64,000 bases of DNA from Zygnema circumcarinatum SAG 698-1b (Eukaryota; Plantae; Zygnematophyceae), in assembly GCA_037447605.1 (NCBI GenBank), contig CM074804.1, forward strand, positions 6,921,909 to 6,985,908. The letters are read 5' to 3'. Shown piece by piece: positions 54,601 through 64,000 of the stretch. Position 1 is the first letter of the stretch. Each line of letters opens with the position of its first letter. The notes under the pieces are model-generated. The model saw nothing but the letters and a program-made list of their open reading frames with translations, searched no databases and was not told where the DNA came from. Both the position numbers and the translations under genes were made by a program.

Positions 54601-56038
54601 ATGGCCACCTTCTGCCCATTTCAGCCTGCTCATGGAAAAGCGCCATTCAATTCCGCATCCAGAACTGAGTCAGTTTCAACTAGCAAGCTAACAAGAGCTT
54701 CTACAGCCCAGATTCCGCGAAAGCCATTTCAGCGTGCAACGGCCCTTTTGCAGAGATCAGTGAGCCAAAACTCTGGAAAGCCAAGATACGGCAGCTGCAG
54801 CTGTAGTGGAGAGGATGCATCTTCTGGGGGAGCGAGAGTGGGTCTCGTCCTTGCCAGTGGATGGCCAAGGAACGGTGAAGCCATCGTGTGGACTGAACGA
54901 AGTGTTAGGAGGCAAAGGTGGATTGCTGCAAGTAGGAGAGGACCTGGGGGGGCGTTGGCCATGCGGGCCGATGACTGGGACGATGACGCTCAAGAACCAC
55001 AACTAGATGGTGATAACAATAACAGCCCTAAGCAAAAAAACGGCAAGGAAATGTCTGTCATTCCTTTGTCTGACGCCGCTCTTGGGTTGGACCCTGAGGA
55101 GCAGCCATGGCTTGGAGCAATCTTATTTCGTCGCAGTAATCAGAAGACTCACTACGAGTTCCAAACAACATTGGAGCGACTTTCCTTGTCGAAGTTTTGC
55201 TCAGTGGACTCGGAGAAGCTAGCACATACGATGGGAATCAGGGCTTCTGCAGATGGAGAAGGGGGGACGCCTGTCAATGTTTCCTGTGATGTGGAGCGAC
55301 GAGGGAACGATATAGTAGTCGCTGGCCTTGTGCGAACAGCAATCGCGCTTCGATGCAAACGGTGAGCCGTTGGAACAGACGTCCTTGGGGTTTTTTCCTC
55401 AAATAAGATGGCTGACCTTGAGCTACAAATTCAAAAGCAGGCAGATTGCACTGTGATGGAGTTTTGAGTCCTGCGATACCATCTCACTAAAAGGAAAGCA
55501 GGATGTGAAATTGCTGGTATCGGGCAACTGTTGTCAAGAAAGGAGTGCCTTATTGGCATATGGGCTTAAAATGTCCATTGTTAATGTCTTATAATGTCCT
55601 TTGTTTTGCAGCTGTCTGAACCCTGCAGCAGCGAGAATTTTTGCGGATTTTGATCTGGTGCTAACCAGCACACCAGTGCAAGAACCCACACAGCGAAGCC
55701 TGGGGGTCGTTTTGGGTCTCCCTAAGCGCCATACAATAGAGGGTGCGGACGATGCGAGTGGGCCCCAGCTCGACTTGGACTTCGATGACAAGCTCTACTT
55801 CCCACCAGAGTCCCGCGAAATGGACCTTTCAAAGTACGTTCGCGATGTCATCCATTTGGAGGCTCCCATGGGGGTTGTGTGCAAGGCGAGCTGTCGGGGC
55901 CTTTGTTTCTACTGCGGCGCGAATTTGAATGAAGAGTCATGCAGGTGCAAGCGCGGGGCTAAAGACTCTAAATCTGCAGTCCAAAATTGGGGGGTCCTGG
56001 AGCAGCTCAAGACGCAGATGGAAGAGTCGTCTGAGTAG
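54601..56038 (+). CDS. DUF177: DUF177/YceD large-subunit rRNA accumulation protein with probable plastid transit peptide; exons 54601-55361, 55612-56038; 395 aa
   Basis: GLVRTAIALRCKR|CLNP, EMDLSKYVRDVIHLE, CKASCRGLCFYCGANLNEESCRC and Ser/Thr-rich N-terminus. Confidence 0.88.
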
Positions 56039-56398
56039 GACACGACGATTTTATTTTGTTAGACATACCATCAGGTGATTCCCTGAGTAGTATACTGGAA
56101 TTTTATTTCTGCACTGAAGTATTTACTGTCATCCTTTTATTTGTCCTAGCTGCTTTGACCCACTTTGCTCCTGCCAATGGTATTTTATACACAATATCAA
56201 CGCATGGCATATAAACAATGTCACGTTCTGCTCTAACCCTAATAAAAATGTGCTCGTAGGGCCTTGAATGTGGCCACTATACTGAGTACCCATAAGGCCC
56301 TTCACCTCAATGAAGTATGGCCCAGGCCCGGGTGAGAATTGGCATTATACAAATACACAGAACAGAATCTGGTCCTACTCCACAAAATTCCTCATGAA

Positions 56399-59300
56399 TT
56401 ACGATTTCTTCTGCGTTTGGTTCAAAATCTTATCCCGGTCGCTCTGCGCGAAGCCCTGCTCTCCAGGGTACCGTCCCTCTCCGTCAGGCCTCGGAATTTC
56501 AAAGAACGACGTCACTCTGGCGTAAATGTTGCCACCAAAGCGAGAAATTGCCCCAAGTTTGACTGCACATCGCCCCATGTGGAAAGGTCTCATTGTCAAG
56601 AATCTGCTAACTGTAGCGGATGAGCACGTTCATTAAGACGGAAATACTATCACAAGGGTCTCCTACCCCGAAAAGGACTTCCATTTTTGCAGAGGAGCAT
56701 TACTCTTACATAATTATGCAGCCAACGCCCATGACGACTCGTACGGACGGCGGCAAACATGATTGCTTTTGCTTTACATAGCATGACAGCCACAGTGCCT
56801 TTCATGCAAGCTTCACTTACAGTTATCCACAATGATTTTTCCAGAATTTGGTGACTTCGACGCCACTTCCTTGGCAATATGGAAGAGCACCACTTCTCCC
56901 AGCACCACTGTGCAGGTTATGTCCCCCTTTCTGCATGGGCCAAAGGCAGAGTTCCGTTCAGCAGCATGGAATAGGAGCGAATAGGAGAAGGCCGCATCAA
57001 TCACCGAGCTAGTTGGCAACACTGAGAAGCCAAGCAACTTCTATCTCAGCAAATTCAACTTCTCTCACTTGTTTCTGACGTCGTAGGTATGTACCAAGCG
57101 GCACTCCATGTTAACGGCTGATTCTCCTACACGCGGAGGTGCCACCTGTACAGCAGCTTGCCTCAAACAGCATCACTAGAAAGGGAGATGTTGAAACATG
57201 AATCCAACAGGAACATGGTATTTATGATGCCTTCTAATTTTTCCTAGTGAAGTTTATACATCACTTTCTCGACTCTTCGGACAAGGTGACGCATCAGGAT
57301 AGTGGTGAAAGACAACATCATAGGAAGAAGTGAGCCGACGATATACCATGAGGGACGGTACAGGAGTGAGACCTGCAAGTTCCATTTCGTTTAAGTCTGA
57401 TGCGTACGGCCCGCAGGTGTGATTTGCTGCTTCTATGAACCAATCGCTAATGATGGCCACCACAAACTCTCTGCAGCATGCAGAGAGTAGGCCAGGAACA
57501 CATGCTGTCACATTTATAAATCTGAACAGGGAGATTACGTTAGGCGAGGATATTAATCTTGTAATTAAGTAGGAGGCACTGGCACCGATAAATAATGGTT
57601 CAACAGGTATGGAAACAACCAAAAAAAATGTAATATGCCTCCATTTCCATGCCAGCCTTCTCTCAGGGAAGGAAATTTGCTGGATGGAATTGGAAAGACG
57701 AAATACATTTGAACCAGGAACGTTGCAAGCATGTGCTGTAAGGCAAAACATTTATGAACTTCTGTCACGAGAGTACTAGCGTGTTACATCAAAACAGGGT
57801 CAGCTGTAAACAGAAATGGCTGCAAATAAAGCAAACAGTTCAGTCGTGCATAAAGCATGCACAGTAAGCACGTGCATTGGTTAGTATGAAACTCATGATA
57901 TTGTTTCTAATAAGAACTGTACCAAGAGTGGCCAAATGCCTGCACCTGGTTTCAAGTATGTTTGCCAAAGAGTCTTTTGGCTTCCCTTTCGACCAGCAAT
58001 GGCCAATCGCAAGAATTGGAGGATCATGCGAAACAGCATTGAAGTAGCTGTAAGGGGATAAATTCCCAAGCCCATCCTGCAAGCAAACAGAGATAACGCT
58101 AAGCATAGCGCCAAATAAGAAACTGGCAACATATGTTGAGTAGGTGAAGGTGTATGCCCTAAGCGATATCAAGCGCTATATCCTGTTACACTCAGATGTT
58201 AGAGAGTGGGTAACTCGTGGTAAGAATGAGGAAAAACTGAAAACTTGCTTTGCTTTGTGATGAAATGAAGGCAATCGGTCGAGGCACGACGGCACTGATA
58301 GTAAGTGGGTACGTCACGCTTGGACCATTCTCGGCAGGGTCGACTTGCATGGTGTCCTCATGCTTGTAAAATGGTGGCTGCTTCGTGCCTGGCTTCCAAT
58401 CAGGATGTGGCCGCATTCCAAATGTTCGTACTCCTGAGGAACACAAGCGTGCATAATGTAAGGATGCTTCATGCTGCCATCATATTCCTGTTAATTCATT
58501 ATGTCAACTGATGCGCTGCCCTGTATTGATCTCAGCACCAGGGCCGTTATGAACGTCTTTCTCGTTACCAGAAGAAGGTTGACTGCAGGTTTTGCTTCTA
58601 AGGGTAATCAAGTGTCCGCATCAACTACACACTGTGAGAAAGTGTGCATAGTTTTTTTGTTCATTCATCTGTTCTCGTCACAATTAGTCGCATGTGGCTA
58701 CGCATGGCACTTTCGATTTGCTTGCTGATAATGATTGAAATTAAAACTTTGGGCGAACTGGATGACCACTCTTGGCGCCAATGCCACCTGTGAAGGGTGT
58801 AAAGGTTCTTTTACATTCTTCTCAATATCTCAAAGATCGAAAAGCTAAGCGTGCTATATTACTCCCAAGTTCCAGCATATGATCTCCCTCCTTAAATATG
58901 ATGTAGTCACTGCGATGTACACATTAGCAAGACGAACAAACTCACGTCCCTCTTTTTCTGCGAAATTTGTTGCCTTCAAAAAAAAACACTTCCATTTGCA
59001 TGACGGGCTTAAAGTGCACTATAAACCTCTGATTTTTCAGTTCTTTGCATGTGAATCTAAGACCACCTTCCTAGCATTACAAATATGTTGCAACGTCAAT
59101 GTAGGGTTACAGATCCGGTCTTGCAAACTAAGCTTCAGATGACAGCAAGCAGAGCGTGTCTCATGCTGAATGTTGCCAGCAATTGGGACAACTTCAGAAC
59201 CCGATTCACAGCAGTTATTAGTCTGACATCTCCATGGGATTAATTATGTTCAATTTTGCACGCATAACAAATCCCGCAGGATGCCAATTATACGGCGTGC

Positions 59301-59584
59301 CGCAGCTCTATAACGGAACAAGTTTCGCACAAAGAAACTAGTCAGCTGACAGAGAAAAAAAGCCTCGAGAAGAAAAAACGGCTTCCACACTCAGCACCTA
59401 CACCGAAAAAATTAGCCTTCATGCAGCCACTCCAGCTGCAACTCAAGTATCAGCATGAGCAGTGCAGCATCCAGCCCTTGCCTTTGTCCATGCGCTTTGC
59501 GAAGGCCAAAGTAAGCACCACTCCCGCAGAGAGACCCGTCACTCCCGCTGCCAGGAGATGCAGCCATGGCTGCCGCTCCGCCAT
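56399..59584 (-). CDS. flavin reductase-like FMN-binding split-barrel protein with N-terminal TM segment; exons 59482-59584, 58249-58433, 57946-58076, 57347-57470, 57069-57145, 56821-56930, 56399-56562; 297 aa
   Basis: VVPRPIAFISSQSK|DGLGNLSPYSYFNAV, KDSLANILETREFVV, PPRVGESAVNMEC, VVLGEVVLFH and ISRFGGNIY. The frame closes with GC donors at introns 1 and 2. Confidence 0.85.
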
Positions 59585-59886
59585 GCCTCTCCCTATCCCT
59601 CCCCCTCTCACTCACTCTCACTCTCGGCGAGCGCGCAGAGAGGCCCGACTGCAGGAGGGCGGAGAGACGTCAGCAATTCAGGCCTTGTCCAATGAGACGA
59701 CGCCAGGTGTTGAGTTGACGTCTTGATCCCATTGTCCAGCTCAACAATCTGAGGTGGATCCACGAAAAAGGTTGATCTGAATCAGAGTTTACTTGGGTAA
59801 ACAAGGACGCGCGCCCTCCACCAAGCGCGGGGAGGAGAAAAGGTCTGGCTTTTGAGCGCCTCCTTCATTCCTTGGGCGGGGCCGCC
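59585..59886. promoter_or_regulatory. bidirectional promoter between the flavin reductase-like gene and ABCF3
   Basis: Divergent ATGs only about 300 bp apart; CCAAT and TGACGT motifs. Confidence 0.6.
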
Positions 59887-62800
59887 ATGGCGGACGTCGC
59901 CTCCTCCGTCTTCGAAATTTTGGGACCGAAAGTGAAAGAAATCGACTTCATAATCATCGACTATGTGATCAGCGTTCTCAAGGTCCATTCTCTCTCCCTC
60001 TCTCCCTCTCTCTGCTCTCCCAGACTGCTCACTTTGCAATCATCTTTCCCTCTAGCCTGTCGCTGAATTGCAGCTCCTTCGAGCTGCCTGCTGCCAGGAT
60101 GAGTCCTTTGACTTCGGTCGAGACGGCTCTGAAGCGTACGAGGCGGTGGGGCCCATCCTGGTGGACTCGCGCTGCGTGGCGAGCGAGGCGGAGGGGCGGG
60201 AGGCATGCCGCCAGCTGGCGCTGCGCCTGAAGCGGAGTTCCGTGCAGCAGAGCGCCCCTGCAATGCGGAGTCTGGCGGCGCCCCTGCGCATGGGCGAGGG
60301 GCTGGTGGCGCAGGAGAAGGAGGCTCCGCCAGAGGAGGAGCCCGAGCAGTATTTCTTGTCAGAGAGGGATTTGGCAAAGCTTGAGCGGAGGAAGAGGAAG
60401 GACGAGAGAGAGCGGCAGCTGGAGTACGAAGCGCACGTGGCGGCCTCGATGGCGGCCATGGCTATGCTCCCGAAGGTCGTGGTCAGCCACGGTGGAAGCG
60501 GAGAGGGGGGCGGTGCGAAGGACATTCGCATGCAGAGTTTCAGTATTATAGTGGCAGGAAAAGAGCTTATAAGTGATGGTTCTGTCACTTTGGCCTTTGG
60601 TCGTCGATATGGTGAGATTCCTTTCCTTCCTTCACACGTTTCATTTTTCATAGCCATCCGAATTTCTAGCGCACATGCTTAATTGCGGCAAAGAAATAAG
60701 AAATGAGAAATAATACGAAATTATCATACCGTTTATGTTGGCAAAGTCCCTTAAATATTATCCCTCTGACTTTATTTCCCACATGAATTGAACTTGGACG
60801 GTGAGACAATATTATAAACCTCATAGGTGTTATATTTTGTATTTCCGGCTGTAGGCGCATTAGTTCCATTAAGCCCATTACTACTAGCGAGGCTTGGGTT
60901 TAAAGTCGTATGGAGTCACAAATGCGTAGGGTTAGGGTCGAGAATCACCTCTCTCCCAAAACCTTTTGATGCTTGTCAGACTCTAAGGTTGAACTCTTTT
61001 CAATATTGGAAGAGAAGCTTGGGGTGGATGATGGTACATTTTGTTAACCGCCCTACCGAGTAATGGTTAATCGGTTAATCCCACTCAACCCAGCCGCACA
61101 GTAATTCACTAAATGCAGGAGGGGCTATCCCATGTCCACAACTCCAGAGGGGTTTACTTCTATAAAATAAGTAACAAGATCAACTTGAAGATGTTGGGGA
61201 TCGCAGCCCAAGAGTTTCTAATGATTTGGAGCCCTCTCCCAAGATTGTGTATAATGCCTATAACTTGTAATTAGCAGTTCTTAGTTTTTAAGGTTCTTCT
61301 AACTTTCCATGAAGTGAAGCCCTTGCAAGCATTTCACTGTTGAAAAGTTTCTTGTGTAAAGGTTAAAAGGAACGGGGGTTTTGCTAGATTTGCACTTATA
61401 AATTAGCGCTGCAGTAGTGGATAAGGTGATTTAAGAATCAAAGTACACGAAATGACGATTTATTCGAGCTCCCAGCGGTATAGGATGGCCCTATGTGGTC
61501 CCCTGATTTTGACCCTTGAATACTCTCAGCCCCATGATAGTTCACTATAAGTGTCCTTGTTTTCGAGCCATGTTCCTTAGTGAGCATATTTAAATTGAAT
61601 TGTTTGGTTAGCTTTACAACACGTAAGGCGAACACTTGATGACTTGAAGATGGCTTATGGACAATGTGAAAGGTGATGCTCGTCTATCCGGGAAGGTCGG
61701 ATACAATGCCTTAAGGAATTGATTTATTTTGTTTACGTGTATTTATTAGTCTCGCTATGAAAAGTTGCCTGGAGCATTTCCAAGTGTTCCTATAACTACC
61801 TGCTCGTGATGAAGATTGGTGCATGAAATGCTACTGACAAGTGAATGTTCCATCCAAGCAGGGCTTGTTGGGCGCAACGGAACGGGGAAAACCACTTTCT
61901 TGAAGCACATGGCTATGCATGCCATTGATGGCATCCCAAAGAATTGCCAAATTCTGCATGTGGAGCAGGAGGTGTCTGGAGACGACAGCTCGGTCCTGCA
62001 ATGTGTGTTGAGTGTAGATAGTGAGCGAGAAAGCCTATTGCAGGAAGAAGTGAGGTTGCTTGCACAGCAGAAGGAGCTAGAAGCAGCCGGCAATGAGAAG
62101 GGAGACAAAGCAGAGGCAGGGGATGCAAACTCAGAAAGGCTCACCCAGATATACAAACGGTTAGAGCAGATAGATGCGTATTCCGCAGAAGCGAGAGCAG
62201 CTTCCATTTTGGCGGTGAGATTGGGGCCCACATTCCTGCAAGCAACTGTCAGCAAGTCGCTCCTTGTTGCAAGTGCGTGGGCAAACTTTGTCACTGACCC
62301 AATGGTATCAAGAGAAACGTGATTGCAGGGGCTCAGCTTTACTCCAGAAATGCAAGTGAGAGCGACGAAAACATTCTCGGGAGGATGGAGGATGCGGGTT
62401 GCCTTGGCACGGGCCCTCTTTGTGGAGCCCGACTTGCTGCTTCTGGATGAGCCAACAGTGAGAAACTCACTGCATTTCTTTCACGGTTCTGCTTCATTCC
62501 CACCTGAGCTGCCCGTTGCCAATCTGCCTCGAATTCCAACCGTTGAATTCGGAGGGTGGCTGCAGAATCACCTCGACCTGCACGCGGTGCTGTGGCTGGA
62601 GGCCTATTTGCTGCGCTGGCCCAAGACGCTGCTCGTGGTTTCGCATGCTCGAGAGTTTCTGAATACGGTCAGTCCGCTTTTGCCGTGGCAGCTGTCAACT
62701 CTTCTCTCTAGACCTCTCTCTCCCTCGCTCTTTCCCTCTTTCTGTACTTCTCCTGCTATCCCTCTTGCTCGCCCTGGCTCTCTACCCTCCCACCCCTTCC

Positions 62801-64000
62801 CCCTCGCCCCCTCCCACCTTGTCCCTCCCCTCCTCCGCATCTCTCTCCACTGTCGCCGTCTCTAGGATATAGGAGCTTTTGTCAAAGTCTGGGCGAGGAG
62901 GGTGCAGGTTGTGACCGACGTCCTTCATTTGCATAATCAAAAGCTTACCACATACAAGGTGCGAACGCTCCCACATCATCACACATGCTAATCTGGTAAA
63001 GCAGTATCTTGGGAGACTACAAGAATATTGGAGTTAATCTAAGGTACCGTCATAGATCTCATGCAAACGACGTACATTTCGATAATGGAGGGGTAGATCA
63101 CTGCTGGTTTGTGCAGGGAAACTACGACGTCTTCGAGAAAACAAGGGAGGAAAGTATACGAAATCAAAACAAGGCAAAGGAGGCGAACGACCGTACCAGA
63201 GCCCATATACAGGTCCGGATCTTAACCACTTTGGGCGATGCTCCATACAATGCATTCGACGGAGAAGTTGTTGTCTGACTGTCCCTTTGTATCCTTTGCC
63301 TTTGCTCTTGGAACAGAATTTTATCGACAAATTCCGATACAACGCCAAGCGAGCTTCGTTAGTTCAGTCGCGTATTAAGGTGCGACCTTTCGCTTTTTCC
63401 CTGCTTTGCAATAGGGCCCGATTGGAGTGTTTATGCAGGAGCAATTACTAGTGTGCAAGAGGGCTGCCTTGCTCCATCAAAGGAAGGAGTCAAGCAGCAT
63501 ATTTCATGTTGGCTTTGTGCTGCTCTGAGGTCCTTGCATTCGCTCTTATTGTTAGAGCGCTCATTCGCAATAGCTTCTAATCCGCTGTTCGTTCTGCAAA
63601 CAGGCTTTAGAAAGGCTCGGGACGGTGGATGGGGTCCTGAATGACCCCGAGTGAGTACATACTTCACGAATACCAAAAAACCGCTAAAACCTGAACAGTC
63701 CTAAACCTCTTCACAAAATGCTTTGAGAGAATCGCAACCTCTCATTCCACCCTACCGCAAATTGCTTGTGGATGAATTTCCGTGCTCGTTGTGCTTTCAT
63801 TTTCGTCTCTGTTCTCTCTGCTCTCTCTCTTGTCTGTCCGCCATTGTTGCTGAACTGCGCTTCATACGTTGTTGATTGACAGATATCGGTTCGAATTTCC
63901 GACTCCAGAAGACCGCCCACAGCCTCCCATCATCAGTTTCACGTATGGATTTCCTCCTCTGTTGTTTTCAGCTGCTTGTTTTAGGGTCATCACTTTGCGA
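59887..64000 (+). CDS. ABCF3: ABC-F family ATPase, ABCF3/GCN20 ortholog; at least 10 exons, runs off the right edge
   Basis: MADVASSV..., [13 protein letters not shown], Walker [22 protein letters not shown], signature [16 protein letters not shown], Walker B LLLLDEPT|NHLD. Confidence 0.93.

Noticed and set aside
61450-61740. C/D-box snoRNA candidates in ABCF3 intron 2 (and TGATGA in the MITE near 9590)
   Set aside because: No properly spaced C and D boxes with terminal stems, and no recognisable rRNA guide.

Overview
Eukaryotic nuclear DNA with GT-AG introns, GC-rich promoters, microsatellites and plant-type genes. The gene set and compact layout suggest a streptophyte green alga (charophyte-like); this is inference only. 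In order: the 5' end of a signal-peptide gene at the left edge; a ~6.5 kb tandem duplication in which each unit holds a 3-exon GT37 (xyloglucan-type) alpha-1,2-fucosyltransferase tail-to-tail with an unidentified small gene; a TE-rich zone (small MITEs, a decayed Ty3/gypsy-like 3' LTR, and a Ty1/copia element with TSD, PBS and a deleted 3' end); an R2R3-MYB; a second copia-type LTR; PEX13; a Rubisco-LSMT-like SET gene; two head-to-head ELM2/SANT chromatin genes; DUF177/YceD; a flavin-reductase-like gene with two consecutive GC-AG introns; and ABCF3 running off the right edge. No rRNA, tRNA or CRISPR was found. The most interesting signals are: (1) helically phased GTAC (SBP-type) arrays shared by three different LTRs and several host promoters; (2) a copia lineage whose gag AUG lies inside the LTR and reads through the PBS; (3) the co-duplicated fucosyltransferase/orphan cassette, with gene-conversion tracts and a new intronic hairpin. 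Exon models were built by hand from splice signals and frame continuity and need RNA-seq confirmation.
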